Below, piece after piece: positions 39,957 through 54,500 of a stretch of DNA of 64,000 bases; position 1 is the stretch's first letter; every line of letters starts with the position of its first letter. Source of the stretch: Vicugna vicugna (Eukaryota); assembly GCA_013265495.1 (NCBI GenBank), contig MU058259.1, positions 52,161-116,160 of the forward strand, read 5' to 3'. A model generated the notes under the pieces. It made no database searches, had not been told where the DNA came from, and was given only the letters and a program-made list of their open reading frames with translations. Position numbers and translations under genes: made by a program.

Positions 39957-40749
39957 TAAATTTTATTTTTAAATTAATTAATTATTTTATTGAAGTATAG
40001 TTAGTTCCAGTGTGTCAGTTTTTGGTGTACAGCATAATATTTCAGTCATACATATACATACATATATTTGTTTTCATAATAGGTTACTACAAGATATTGA
40101 GTATAGTTCCCTGTGCCATACAGAAGAAATTTGTTTATTATTTATTTTATATATAGTAGTTAGTATTTGCACATCTCAGACTCCCAATTTATCCCTTTCC
40201 ACTCCCTTTCCCCCTGGTAACCATAAGATTGGTTTTTGTTGTTGTTGTTGTTTTAGATTCCACATAAGAGTGATACCATATGATTTTTCTTTCTCACTTC
40301 ACTTAAAATGACATTCTTCAGATCCATCCATGTTGATGTAAATGGCATTATTTTGTTATTTTTTATATCTGAGTAGTATTCCATTGTATAAATATACCAC
40401 AGCTTCTTTATCCAGTCATCTGTCGATGGACATTTAGGTTGTTTCCATGTCTTGGCTGTTGTAAATAGTGCTGCTATGAACATGGGGGTGCGTGTATCTT
40501 TTTGAATTAGAGTTTCCTCTGGATATATACCCTGGAGTGGGATTGCTGGATCATATGGTAAATCTATTTTTAGTTTTTTGAGGAATCTCCATACTGTTTT
40601 CCATAAAGGCTGCACCAGACTACATTCCCACCAGCAGTGTAGGAGGGTTCCCTTTTCTCCACACCCTCTCCAGCATTTATTGTTTGTGGACTTTTGAATG
40701 ATGGCCATTCTGACTGATGGAGGTAATACCTCATTGTAGTTACGATTTA
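39957..40749 (-). mobile_element. 5'-truncated younger L1 with 13-bp TSD, nested in the old L1
   Basis: ORF2 C-terminus ([18 protein letters not shown]). TSD TTCTGCTTACTTT at 39944-39956 and 40750-40762. Confidence 0.92.
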
Positions 40750-41481
40750 TTCTGCTTACTTTGGATTTAATTTGCTTTTCTTTTTTAGTTCTGTAAGATG
40801 GAAACTTAGGGTTACTAATTTTAGATGTCTTCTTTTTTAACATATGCATTCAGTGCTGTAAATTTCCCTCTAAGCACTGTTTTCACAGTATCCCACAAAT
40901 TTTGATGCGTTGTACTTTTACTTTTATTTAGTTAAAAAATTTTAAAATTTTTCTTGTGATTTCTTCTTTGACTGATGTGTTAGTTAGAAGTGTATTGTTA
41001 ATCTCTAAGAATTTTGGTATTTTCTTGCTATCTTTCTGTTATTGATTTCTACCTTAATTCCAATGTAGTCTGAGAGCATACATTGTATGATTCCTATTCT
41101 TTTAAATTTATTAAGGTGTATTTTATGGCCCAGAATGTAGTTTGTCTTGGTGAATGTTCCATGTGAGCTTGAGAAGAATGTATATTCTGCTATTATTGAA
41201 TGAAGTTGTCTATAGATGCCAATTAAATCCAGTTGATTGATGGGGCTGTTGAGTTCAATTGTGTCCTTACTGATTTTCTGCCTGCTGGATCTCTTTCTGA
41301 TACAGGGTTGCTGAAGTCTCCACCTATTATAGTGGATTTATCTATTTCTTCTTATAATTCTGTCTGTTTTTGCCTCACATATTTTGATACTCTATTGTTA
41401 GGTGTATACATAGTATATCTTCCTGGAGAATTGAAGTCTTCTCTGTCTGAAATTAATATGACTACTCCTCCTGCTATCTTT

Positions 41482-41617
41482 TTTTTTTTTAAGTGAAAGT
41501 AGATTTATTCAGGGAGGTACACTATAGACAGAGTGTGGGCCTTCTCAGAGGGCAAGAAAGGTGGCCCCAGGTTATGGGGCTGTTAGTTTTTATGGGCTGG
41601 GTAATTTCATATCTACA
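41482..41617 (-). mobile_element. Polyadenylated ERV1-LTR-like fragment with TSD (retroposed)
   Basis: Minus strand ...CCCATAAAAACT...CCTGAATAAATCTACTTTCACTT followed by A12. TSD CCTGCT(A/T)TCTTT at 41470-41481 and 41618-41629. Confidence 0.65.
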
Positions 41618-44600
41618 CCTGCTTTCTTTAGATTATTATTGTTAACATGGTGTATCTTTCTCCATTCATTGACTTTTAATCTGTATATGTTGTTGTATTT
41701 AAAGTGGATTACTTGTAGATGACATATAATGCAATCTTGTTTTTTGACCCCCTCTAACAATCTGTCTTTTAATTGGTGTATTTATACCATTGATGTTTAA
41801 AAGTGATTATTGATATAGTTGGATGAGTATCTACCATATTTGTTATTGTTTTCTATTTGTTGCCTTTCTGTTTTTGTCTTCCACACTTTTTCTGCCTTTT
41901 GTGGTTTTAATTGAGCACGTTATATGATTCCATTTTCTCTCGTTTTTAGCATATCAGTAGTACTTCTTTACTTTTTTAGTGATTGCTTTGGAGTTTGCAA
42001 TATACATTTACAGCAACTATGAGTCCACTTTCAAATAACACTATACCACTTCATGAGTAGTACACATACCTTATAACAACAAAATAATCTTAATTCCTCC
42101 TTCCATCCCTTGTATCATTACTGTCATTTATTTCATTTATACATAAGCATATGTATGTGTACATGTACACAAAAATGTACATAATTGAATACATCATTGC
42201 TGTTATTATTTTGAACAAACTGTTATCTGTTAGAGCAATTAAGCATAAGAAAATAAGTTTTTTAACCTTTTATTCATTCTCTAATTCTCTTCCTTTCTTT
42301 ATGTAGATCCAAGTTTCTGACCTGTACCATTTCCTTCTCTCTGAAGAACTTCTTGTAACATTTCTTGCAAGATAGGTTTTTATGGCAACAATTTCCCTCA
42401 GTTTTTGTCTTAGAAAATCTTTATTCCTCCTCACTTTTGAGGGATAATTTCAAAGGGTACAGAGTTCTATGAGAAGTAAGATGTAATTCTTATCCTTGCG
42501 TCTGTGTTGGTAAGATGTTTTTTCCGTCTGTCTTCTTTCAAGAATTTTTCTTTTTGTTTGAATTTCTGCATTTTGAATGTGATAGGCCTAGGTGTAGATT
42601 TTTGAGCATTGATCCTGTTTTGTGTTCTCTGAGCTTCCTGAATCTGTGGTTTGGTGTCTGACATGTGCCTCAGTTAATCCATCTGTAAAGTGGGGATTAT
42701 GATAGCAGCTACTTCCTGAGTTAATTGTGGGAATTAAGATGAATTCAATATGTGACAAACCCTCAGAATAATACCTGGTTTATAGTTAGTACTATGTAAG
42801 TGTTAGCTAATATTTAATAGACACTTGCTAAGCAGAAAGCTAAGTCTTTTTCATACAGGATCTTGTTTTTTCCTCACAGCAATTCTATCCTCAGAAGATA
42901 CCTATTATTATCCCCATTTTAGAGATGGGGAGACTAAAGGGCTTAAGGAGATTAAGCATCTTGTCTCTGATCACATAGCTAGTTAAGTGACAGGTCTGGA
43001 ACTCTACTCAGGTCTGTCTGATTGCCAAGACCATGTGTTAAATTACCAAGGAATAGCACCTCAGAAGGGGGTTGGATTCTAGTTAATCTCTATGATCCCT
43101 TCCAGAACTAAAATTCTATTGTATGGAGTTTGAAATAATGCTAGAATAATACTGTGGTAAAGTGCACAGGCTTGGGAGTTAGAAAGCCTGTGTTTAATTC
43201 AGGCACACTCTTCTTCCTCTGCTGTGACATGAAGCTAGTCTACCTACCTTTCTTACTGAGTTGTTTTGAGGATTGAAAGAGGTACTGTATGTAAAACATT
43301 TTGTGCAGTGCTTTGTAAGTGATACTAACACATTGTAGGGACTCAAAAAAGTTAGATAATGAAATAATTATAATTTAAAAAGCTTCCCTAATAGTTACAT
43401 TATTAGAAGAAGTCATGAAATGCTTTGATTTAGAGGCCCCCAAGCTGTCCAGGCAGGAGGGCATATGGTAAGAAACTGTTGACGTGCAGCATGGCTAGAA
43501 GAGGTCAGACTAACTTGCATAATAGAACCCAGCCCTTCAGCTGCACAGAAGCCCTCCTGGGTAAGAAGCTGAGATGACTTTGGTATGTGGAGGTTTTATT
43601 TCTAATGCTGGCTCTCATAAGAGAATTGGAACCCTCTTGGGCTTTATGGCAAGGCTCTTACTTAGAATCAGTCTCATTCAGAGGCAGGATTAAGTTGGAG
43701 GGAGTATTCCCAAAGTATTTGGTCCTTGATTAGAGAGAGAGCAGATGGCCTTTAAGCCAGACATCAGCCATGCCAGACAATGTTAGGATTGCCTGCTTTC
43801 TGAGCTTTTCAGAGTGAAAGGACTGCCACAGTGATGTGACTTGGACATGGCATTTCTTAGAGCAGCGTAAAGGGATATATGATTATTAAAATCAAAGGTG
43901 ACAGCTGCTGTATGGGCCAGACCTATGGGGCATGGTGAAGGGGGCAAAATTCCGGCGTCTCACATTTCTATGTGTGCGTTTGTGTGTGTATTTGTGTCTA
44001 CAATTCTGTTACTGCTATTTCAAGAAGAAACAGAGGGATTAAAAATTGCAGTTCTACTCCCTTTCTTTGGCTGCCCAAGTAGCCCCACCTCCAAAAATGT
44101 GAATTATAATCCCAAAGCCCCTTGCTAGCCTTCTCCAATAATCTCTGCTCATCACACATCACATTCTACAGTGCCACTTTTTGGTTTTCAGATCTCTCAG
44201 TCAGTAAGCATGGATGGAGGGCATACTATGTCCCTGGCACTGTGTTATGACCTGAGGATAGAGTTGAGGGTGCTTAAGGTGACAAGGATGTTTAAATAGA
44301 TAAGTACAACACTATCTAATGGGCCTTGAGAGAAGTGTCTTAATTTCGGTTTCTCCCAAAGCAGGCAACAAGGATTTGAGTGCAAGTAACTTTTTGGGAA
44401 AGTAATGCCAGGAAACAGTGGTAGAAAAGACCAGAGAATTCAGGCAGGGAATGGAAGAAAGCTGATCAAGGGTGCATACCATAGGCAACTGGGGTTCAGT
44501 CTCCCTGGGGAACTCTGGCAGACAGTATAAATGTCCCTCATCCTCCCAATCAGGGGGCCACACAGTTGGCACATTAGCCATCAGATTGCTCTTCATCAGG

Positions 44601-45744
44601 GTTTGAAGGCTGCTTGGAGAGGCATTAACGCCCTAGCACTATTCCCGAGCACCTGGCCAAATGTGTTCCATGGGCAGCCCCAGGTGGAACCACAGGTGTT
44701 CATAGCTAGCAGCCTTCTGTGTCTTCCTTGCCACAGTAAGCATCTCTTCCAAGAAGATGTGGACAGGGTCCCAGCAGCATCTGCTAAAAGAAGTATGTTG
44801 GGTTTACAGTGAGGGCACACAGAAAGGATTAGCCATTCCTAGTTTGTGTGATCAACAAAGACTCCACAGAGAAGGGCTTTCCAGGCTGGAACAAAGGCAC
44901 AGAGTGTTTTGGAGAATGCAGTGAGTTCAACCTGGCTGGCGTGGATGTGTTCCGAGAGAGAGCTGGAGCATGGGAAAAGACAGTGCTAATAAGCAGGCCA
45001 GGGCCAGCTCCAGGAGGCCCATACTCCAAGCTATACTCCATACTCTACTGGAGAAACAGAGAAAGCCATAGTTAAGAAGGTTTGTGATCTGGCTACATTT
45101 GCCTTTTAGAAAGGTCGGTGTGGCTATGATAGTCAGGACAGGTGGCTGCTTCTTCCTGTTTGCTTCCTGTGAGTTTAGTGTCCATTTCCTGTTGCTGTGA
45201 GCAACACCCCAGCACTAATTCATTCCCATCCAGTTTGCAATTTTCCCAGCACTCTCATGATCAGCCTCATTGTGTCCCCTCCACGGGGATCTGCGTCACA
45301 GCCCCACAGGTCCCTCCTCCAAGCTTCTAGGTTCTGATAACAGCCACCTCTTCCCTTTGTTCCCTCACATCCGAGGCAGCTACTGATTCCTGTGTTATCC
45401 CAGCATTCCATCTACCTTGTGAGTTCTCCAGTGCCCATTTCAGCAATTTCACTTCCCATCCTTGGTTTATCTCTGCTGAAATAACTATGGTGCTTTGTCT
45501 TTCTGCCTGGATCCTGACTGATGCAGGGAGGCACATCCGATGGAGTATCTGGTGAGTAGGCTTAGCTTGGAGACCATGAATTAGTAGTCCATACACTTGT
45601 TTCACTTTCCCCAAAGCTCTCAACAGCAAGGATGTAGGCATGGAGAAAGCAGATGGTTGCGCTTTAAACCTTGGGGGTTTGAAGAGGAAGATGTTCAAGA
45701 GGGTACATAAGCATCACTGGCAGGTGGACTAGATAATAATAACA

Positions 45745-45990
45745 ACAGCAGTAGCAACAATAATAATAGCTACACTTATAATTTTATTTACTGTATGCCA
45801 GGCACTGTTTTAAGTGCTTTATGTATACTGTTAATTAACTTAGCCCCATGACAACCCTAGGAGATATGTATGTACTTTTATTCTCCACTTTGCAGATGAG
45901 GACACCAAGGCACCAAGAGGCTAAGTAATGCGCCCAAGGTTAAATAAAGGGCGAAGTTGATATTTGAATCTTGGCAGTCTGCCCCCATGA
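45745..45990 (-). mobile_element. MIR; further MIRs at ~42815-43050 (-) and ~46900-47200 (+)
   Basis: TATGCCAGGCACTGTTTTAAGTGCTTTA...TTTGCAGATGAGGACAC...AAGTAATGCGCCCAAGGT. Confidence 0.75.
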
Positions 45991-48469
45991 TTGGGATTCG
46001 TCATCATTACAAGGGGTGATTTTCCTGCCCTGCTGTTCTGTGATTCCACCGATATATTACTTAATGCTTCTATGACAGTCTGCGACTTGGCTGTAAGGTT
46101 TTAGTGAAGATGACACATTTCTAAGAAGCCCTCAGAGGAAGTCAGAGAAAGCTGAGCTCAATCTACAAAGATGAGACTGAAGAGAAAGCCGGAAGAAATG
46201 GCATGGACTACTGGGGGCTTAGAGCTCTTCTTCGGCAAAAGCGCAGATGGAAATGAGACAGAGGAGCTGAGAGTTTATCATTCTCTGAAAGCTTAATTAG
46301 GTCACTGGCGAGGACAGAATATGAAAAAAAAATCCCATCAGCTAAAGACCTGTGGGATTTAATTCCCTCATTTCTGCTCCTTAGTCTTAGAATAAATGAA
46401 GCCTTTTCCTAGTTACAAAAATGATGTTGAAAAATGATTGATTGTCCTAATGAGGAAAGCGAACAGCTGCCTGAACAGCAGATGTAACTTTTATAATCAT
46501 TTCCTCTTCATTGGTTTTTCTCCCTAATGACCCCGGCACTGATGATAGTATTTAAGAAGGAGGGTGTGTGATGGGCAGAGGCCTGGAATGATCAGGAAGC
46601 TTGGGCAAAGAGGAAAATGGTTGGCTCAAATCCCTCATGATCGGCTGCATTTCTAACAAGCCTGAAGTTATGGCTGTTCATCAGGCTGGTTGAAAACAGC
46701 AGAACTAGAGTTTGTGGTGACCCAGTGTCCCAGGATTGAGGGCCAGACCTGACAGATAAACCACCCACAGCTGCCACATGTACTTTAATCTGCTCTAGCT
46801 TCAGTAAGGCCCTAGGGTGAACCATCATGCAGAAAGGAACATCCCCACCAGGGGACATTTAGCAGCAAGTCTGCAAAGAAACTGAAATGTGATAGTATAG
46901 GCAGCAGGCATGGTGGTTAAGTGCATGGGCTCTGGTGGCAAAGACTGTATTTCAAGTCCTGACTCTACCACTTACCAGCTTTCTGACCATGGGCAAGTCA
47001 CCTAACCTCTCTGTGCTTTGCTTCCAGCTGTATGACCTTGGGCCAGTTTCTTAACCTCTCTGTGCCTTATTTTACAGTTTCCTAATCTGTAAAATAATGA
47101 TGATGAGAGTACCTATTTCATGGAATTGTTGAAGGGATTAAATATGTAAATGTAAAGCACTGAGAACTGTACCTGACACAGATATTTCTTAAATATCGTT
47201 AATGACCTGCCATTGGCAAAACTGTGAATAGCCAAGTTTTTCTGCCATCTGCAAAAGTATGATGCAGCCAAATTAGTCTTCAGTGCCCTCCAGATTCCTG
47301 GACCTCTTTCTCTGTCCCTTCACCTCTGTGGCATGTTCTCTTATTCTGTACAAATAATGCAGACAAATCTCAGGTGGGACTAAGACCCAAATTCATGATG
47401 AGATGCTATTGACTGTTAAGCTTTATCATGTTCCTCCTCTCAGTCTTAAATCAGTAGGCTCATGTGGCATTTCAGGCACTGGCCAGAAGTGGTGGACCTC
47501 TCAGGACCAGTTGGTACTCATTTTAAAGACCAGTTTTGTGTGGCCCCTCCTGGTGCCCCTCGCCACAGCTCAGAAATCTTGAGCTTATGGTTGCCCCAGC
47601 TGGGATCACAGACCCCAGCACATCCTGTTCAGGCAGTCCTGACATTGTACCCCCAAAGCAGTCATTTGTTCAGCCTATGGGCATAGCCATTGTTGGTGCT
47701 GGACATGTTGGACCAGACTTGCTTGGTAATACTCTTGTCCACATATCAGGGGAGCTGTCCCAAATTTTGGTTTGGTTCAAGTAGATATAATTACCCCTAA
47801 TGTTAAAAAGCAAAATTTCTTTTAGTTTTCAAAGCATTTATCTTCATTTTTTTAGCCTCGTGATATTTCCAAGATGTCAGGTGGGAAAAAACAGGTTTGG
47901 TTGCACATACTAGAATACCTATCTTAAAGAGCCTTAAAAAATACGGGAAGTTAATTGCCCCAAATAAAGGAAGAGCCCAGCGGCAGAGCAGTGATCAGCT
48001 CTAGTTCTATCAAGACTGACTTAATTTCTCTTGAGAATCTCTTGGCTCTTCCCCACAGATGGTTTGATTCTCAGGCTGGTAGAGGGCGCTGCAGCACCCC
48101 CGGGCTCAGATCCATATTCCACAACACCCAAGGAGGACTGGAACCATCTTTTCTGGTGGTTCTCTTTTAGAAGCACCCCGAAAGTGTCCTCTTGTGCCTT
48201 GTTGGCCTGAATCTGGTGATACGCCAAACCCTGAATAATCTTGGAGGTTGGGAGACTGCCATGTACTAATTGGTTTAGGTCTGGGATCCTGAGCCAATCA
48301 CTGTCAAAGGGGCTGTAATTACATTTAGCCCAATTAGTCCCACCAATAGTATTGGAGATGGATCAGCTTTCTTCTTTCCTTCACTGTAGTAGGAAAAGAA
48401 AGACACTTAAGTAGAAGTCTGTAGTTTTGTTAGGAAGTGGGCATTGTCAGGATGCTGGATAGATAACTG

Positions 48470-48960
48470 GGAGATCAGTCTCCATGATGGCCTCCACTGA
48501 TTCTTGCCTTCTGGTATTTGCACACCCCACACTCCACATTGAATAGGGCCGACCTGTGTCACCAATAGGATATTACCAAAGTGACTGTGTGACTTCTGAG
48601 GCTATGTCCTAAGAAAACACTTGGGCCTCTGCCTTGGATCCCTCCCTCTGGGGGAAGCCAGTGCCATGCCATGAGGACACCTCTGCAGGTCTGTGCAGGG
48701 GCCCACAGAGAGAGGAACTGAGGCCTGCAGACAACAGCCTGCACCAATTTGCCAGCCATGAGTGTGAGTCATCTTAGAAGTGGATCCTGATCCAGCACCT
48801 AGTCAAGCTGACATCTTAATGCAACCTCATGAGAGACCCTGAGTCAGACTCACCCAGTTAGCTGCTCCCAGATTCCTGAACTTCAGAAAACCATGAGAGA
48901 TAACAAATGATTCTTGTTTTAGGCCACTAAGCTTTGAAGTGGTTTTTTACACAGCATCCT
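48470..48960 (+). mobile_element. MaLR LTR (MLT1E/F-like)
   Basis: GTGTGACTTCTGAGGCTA, GAGAGGAACTGAGGCC, CCCAGATTCCTGA, TGTTTTAGGCCACTAAGCTTTG...ACACAGCA. Confidence 0.75.
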
Positions 48961-51054
48961 ACATCCTGTACAATGAGCTTCAGTGGACTCTGCACCGAAT
49001 TCTTTTTTTAAGATCCACAGGGCTTCCCTCCTCCTTTTCCTTTTCTTTCTACATAGTCCAAGTGCAATGAGTGCTTTTAGAAAGAATTCCTTTCTTCCCC
49101 ATTACGTTTACTACTTCACTGAATAAGCAGCTACAACCAAATATGTTTTCTGAAGAATTTCACCTGAGTTCTTAAAAAATTCACAACTTCCAAGTTGTGC
49201 CACAGACAAGGCTGACATGGAAAACTCTGAACTGGGAAGTTGCCTGAGTAACAGAGTGAGAAGTTTACCAGGCCCACCTGGATAGCTGACTTAGAGTCAG
49301 TCAGTCCTTAGTATATACAGGCTCTACCAAGTCAGAAAAAAAAACATTTAACTTTACAAATAATCAGGACAGAATTTCCCCCTGGAAATATGGTAACACT
49401 AAAAAAGATTATAACATTTCGCTTTTCTCCTGATTGTAAAGGTAAAAACATTTTCAAATAGAAAATGTGGGAGATAAATACTGGAAAGAATAAAGAAGAA
49501 ACTAGGAACCACCCATAATATCACTACAGAGACTACTATTAACATTTCTTCGTTGCTTTCCTGCGTGCATTTCACTATAAAATCATGATATTAAATATAC
49601 AGTTTTATATCCTACTTTTCCCATTATGTTCTGAGCATTTTCTTATGTGGCTAAATATTCCTCAAAAAGGTGTTCTTTAATGGATGCTCAAGGTTTTATT
49701 AAATAAGTGTGCCATCATTATTTTAGCCATTCCCCTGGGTGATTCTCAATTTTTTCTATCATAGACAAAGCTGGGGTGACAGTCCTTGTACATTCATCAT
49801 TGACCACTTCTCTGATTATCTCCTATAATTCCTAGAAGTAGAATTATCAGGTCAAGTTTATGATATTTTCTAAAGCCATTGATCTATATTGCCAAGTTGC
49901 CCTTCAGCAAGTCTTACCGATTTACAGTGTTTGAAGAAGGTTATGAGACTGTTTGTGTCACTGCACATTTATCAAAACAGAGCAGGACAATTTCTAAATT
50001 AATATCAGTTTGAAAGGTGAAAACAGTATCTTGTATTAATTTACATTCACTTATTAGTTGGAAGTTGAACATTCACACATTTATTAGCCATTTGTATTTC
50101 TTCTTTTGTGAAGTATCACAACCTTCATTTATTTTTTTCCATTAGGATTTCATCTTTTAAAAGAAACTGTTAAAATATCTAGATCAATAATATTAAGTAT
50201 AGTACAAATACTTTCCTCATCTGCTCATTTGCCTTTTAATTTTATTTATGATGTTTTTGGGTGACCATATTGATATATTTCTCTGCTTTTATATTTTTGA
50301 AGTGTGCTACCATGTCAATATGACTTAAGCATTTGTTTTAAAATTTGTGTTTCTCTTTTAATTATTAACCCATCAAAAATTTATTTTGTGGTATGGTGTG
50401 AGGTAAGAATATAACTTTTGGGCTTTTTTTCTGATGTAGTCAGTTAGTCGACCTGAGAGAGTTTATTTACCACTGATTAGTATGATGATCTTTATTACAT
50501 ACCAGATTCTCATGTATATGTGTCCAGCATGGTTCACTGTGGCTTTAGGAGGGATACATTATCTATATCTATAGATAAGGTTTCACTTCTTTTAATATTC
50601 AAAATATTGATAGGGACTGACCAGTCTCTACTGGACTCTGTGTTCTGTACAGTGACAGAAACAGAATTGGTGGCTTACCAGTGAGTGAGATGGCACCTGC
50701 AGTTCTCTCTGCTGGGGGAGCTGGAAGCTGGACTGGCCCATAAGCTCTTGGGGTTCCTGGGAAATTTAACTGGGGCTGTTACAAGTGAAAGATACTATAC
50801 ATCTTGCTCAACTGAGGTAAGGGGAAAAGAATAAGGGAAAATGACATGCAGTAGTCATTATTTCAAGATAAAGTCTTATTTGAAAAGTTCGTAAGAAGTA
50901 GAGTCTTTGTAACATAACCCTTGTGACAGAATCTGCAGTGTCTCCTAAACAATTGAAGAAGGTGGTTCAAGAGGTGTGTTACCTCAATAGTAAGTTTTTA
51001 ATGTTGGTGATTCAGGATTCTTTTGGAAGCAAGCACCTTTTAAAACTTTGTATT

Positions 51055-51505
51055 TGTATTAGTTAGGGAGGTTCTAGCTGCTACAAGTGTACTCCTAAAT
51101 TTTAGTGGCTTAACAGAATAGAATTTATTTCTTGCCCTTATAACAGTCCACAGGGAGTCCTGGTCAGCAGAGAGTGTTCCATGTAGTCATTTAGGAATCC
51201 AGGCTCTTTCCATCTTGTGTCTCTGCTGTCCTTTAGGACATCAGACTCCACTGCTCAATCCTTTGCATCTAGCTAGCAGCCAAGTGAGAGAAGAAGGTGG
51301 AGGAGGCACATCTGCTTCCTAATTACATGGGTTCAGAATGGGCACACATCACATCTGCTCATACTCTTTTGTCAAAAACTAGCCATAGGGCTCCACCTAG
51401 GTGCTGGAAATGTAGTACCTGGCTGAGAAGCCATTTCCTAGCAACAGTTTTATACCATGGAAGCAAATGCATGAATTTTATTGTATTGTTAGCTGTCTCT
51501 GCCAC
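51055..51505 (-). mobile_element. MaLR LTR (MLT1J-like); related copy at ~36230-36640
   Basis: CTAGCTGCT...AGTGGCTTAACA...ATTTATTTCTTG...CCAGGCTCTTTCCATCTTGTG...ATCACATCTGCTCA. Confidence 0.65.
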
Positions 51506-51570
51506 ATTCACTAACTATGAAAATTTTCAGATGGGGGAAATTTCATGGGGTTTAAGAGGTATTGGTATTA

Positions 51571-54500
51571 CAAAGAGTTTCTCAATCTTATTACTATCGA
51601 CATTTTGGATTGAATAATTCTTTGTTGCAAGGACCTGTCCTGTGCATTTAAAGATGTTTAGCAGCATCTCTGGTCTCTACTCATTAGATGCCAGTAGCAT
51701 CCCCTTAGTTGTTACTGTTTTCTGTGTATTGCCCTTGTCCTTTGTTTATTTGGTCTTCTACTTTTTTCTGTCTTATATTGTTTTTTATTGAAGTATAGTT
51801 GATTTATAATATTTCAGGTGTACAGCAAAGTGATTTAGTTATACATATATATGTATCTATTCTTTTTCATAATAGGTTATTACAAAATATTGAATATAAT
51901 TCCCTGTGCTATAAATAGGTCCTTGCTGTTTATCTGTTTTATATATAGTAGTGTGTAATACCAAATCCCTAATTTATCTCTCCCCATCTCCTTTCCCCTT
52001 TGATAATAAGTTTGTTTTCTAAGCCTTTGAGTCTGTTTCTGTTTTGTAAATAAGTTCATTTGTATCATATGAAATGTCTATTTAGGTCTTCTGCCCATTT
52101 TTTTGTATATATATTTTTTTGTTGGACAATAGTCAGTTTACAGTGTGTCAGTTTCTGGTCTACAGCATAATGCTTCAGTCATACATAAACATACGTATAT
52201 TTGTTTTCATATTCTTTTTCACCATTGGTTACTACAATATATTGAATATAGTTCCCTGTGCTATACAGTATAAACTTGTTTATCTATTATACATATATTA
52301 GTATCTGCAAATCTTGAACTCCCAATTTATCCCTTCCCACCCCCTTACCCCTCTGGTAACTGTAAGTTTGTTTTCTATGTCTGTGAGTCTGTTTCTGTTT
52401 TATAAATAAGTTCGTTTGTCTTTTTTTAGATTTCACATATAAGTGTTATCATACAGTATTTTTCTTTCAATTTCTGGCTTATTTCACTTAGAATGACAGT
52501 CTCCAGGTCCATCCACGTTGCTGCAAGTGGCATTATTATTTTTTAATGGCTGAGTAGTATTCTGTTGTATAAATATACCACAACTTCTTCCAGTTATCTG
52601 TTGATGGAAATTTAGGTTCTTTCCATGTCTTGGCTATTGTAAATTCTGCCCATTTTTTTTATTGGGTTGTGTGGTTTTTTTTTTTTTTTGATATTGAGCT
52701 GTATAAGCTGTTTGTATATTTTGTGAATTAATTCCTTGTTGGTCACATTGTTTGCAAATATTTTCTCCCATTATGTAGGCTATCTTTTTGTTTTATTTAT
52801 GATTTCCTTTGCTGTACAAAAGCTTTTTAGTTTAATTAGATTCCATTTGTTTATTTTTGCTTTTGTTTCTATTACTCTAGGAGTAATATTGTTACAATTT
52901 ATGTCAAAGAGTACTCTGCCTATGTTTTCCTCTAGGAGTTTTAAAGTATCTGGTCTTACATTTAGGTCTTTAATCCATTTTGAGTATATTTTTGTAAATG
53001 GTGTTAGAGAATGTTTTAATTTCATTCTTTTACATGTAGCTGTCCAGTTTTCCCAGCACCACTTATTGAAGAGACTGTCTTTTCTCCATTGTATATTCTT
53101 GCCTTCTTTGTTGTAGGTTAACTGACTATAAGTGCATGGATTTATTTATGGGCTTTCTATCCTGTTCTATTGATCTGTGTGTCTGTTCTGTGTCAGTACC
53201 ATGCTGTTTTGATGACTGTAGCTTTTGTAGTATAGTCTGAAGTCAGGGAGTATGATTCCTACAGCTCCATTCTTCTTTCTCAAGATTATTTTGGTCTTTT
53301 GTATTTCCCTAGAAATTAAAAAATAATTGTCCTAGTTCTGTGAAAAATGTCATTGGTAATTTGATAGAGATTGTGTTGAATCTGTAGATTGCCTTGGGTA
53401 GTATGGTCATTTTACCAATACTGATTCTTCCAATCCAAGAACGCAGTATATCTTTCTATCTGTTGTGTCATCTTCAGTTTCTTTCTTCAGAGTCTTATAG
53501 TTTTTGGAGTACAGATCTTGGCTTTCTTAAGTAGGTTTATTCCTAGGTATTTTATCCTTTTTGATGCAGTGGTAAATGGGATTGTTTCCTTAATTTCTCT
53601 TTCTGATATTTCATTGTTAGTGTATAGAAATGCAACAGATTTTTGTATATTAATTTTGTATCCTGCAACTTTTCTGAATTCGTTGATGAGTTCTAGTTGT
53701 TTTCAGTTGGCATGTCTTTTCTTGTTTTAAGTGAGTGTTTTACGTGATTCCATTTCCTCTCTTAGCATATTAATTGTACTTCTTTTTTTTAAACTTATTT
53801 AGTGGTTGCTCTAGCATTTTCAATATACATTTACAACTATTTCAAATCCACTTTTAAATAACAGTATACCAGTTTGCAACTAGTGCAAGTAAGTACCTTA
53901 TAACAGAATATTCATAGTTCCTCCCTACCACCCCTTATAACATTGCTGTCATTCGTTTAACTTACTCATAAACTGTATTTGCTGACTACATTGCTGCTAT
54001 TGCTATTATGAATTGTTACGTGTTAGGTTAATTAAAAATTAGAAAAGGAAAAGATTTTATTTTTCCTTTACTTATTCCTACTGTAGCACTCTTCCTTTCC
54101 TTTATATAGTTCTAACTTTCTGACCTGTATAATTTTTCTTCTCTTAGAAGAACTTTTTTAAAACATTTCTTGCAAGACAGGTCTACTGGCAACAAATTCC
54201 CTCAATTTGTTTGTCTGAGAAAGTCTTTATCTCTCCTTCACTTTTGAAGGATAGTTTTACTGGATACAGAATTCTAGGTTGGTGGGTTTTTCTTTCAACA
54301 CTTTGAATATTTCACTCCAGTCTCTTCCTACTTGAATGTTTTCTGAAAAAAAGTTGGAGGTAATTCATAACTTTTCTCCTCTGTAGATAAAGTGTTTTAT
54401 TTCTTTATCTTCTTTTAGTATTTTATCTGTGTCTTTGCTTTTCTGAAGTTTAAATATGATATACCTAGTTATATATTTTAAAATATTTATCTTGTTTGAT

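Larger units (their letters stand above)
38885..42663 (-). mobile_element. Old L1 (3' UTR, ORF2 and ORF1 remnants) that splits a MIR (38735-38820 / 42664-42815)
   Basis: The antisense ORF 42467-42664 encodes L1 ORF1-like IQEAQRTQNRIN..STPRPI. The MIR core resumes after a repeated TGTGCCTCAG (38809-38818, 42664-42673). Confidence 0.8.

Noticed and set aside
46975..47070. ~55-bp direct repeat (CCAGCT..TGACC.TGGGC.AGT...TAACCTCTCTGTGC)
   Set aside because: Duplicated MIR core, old and diverged.
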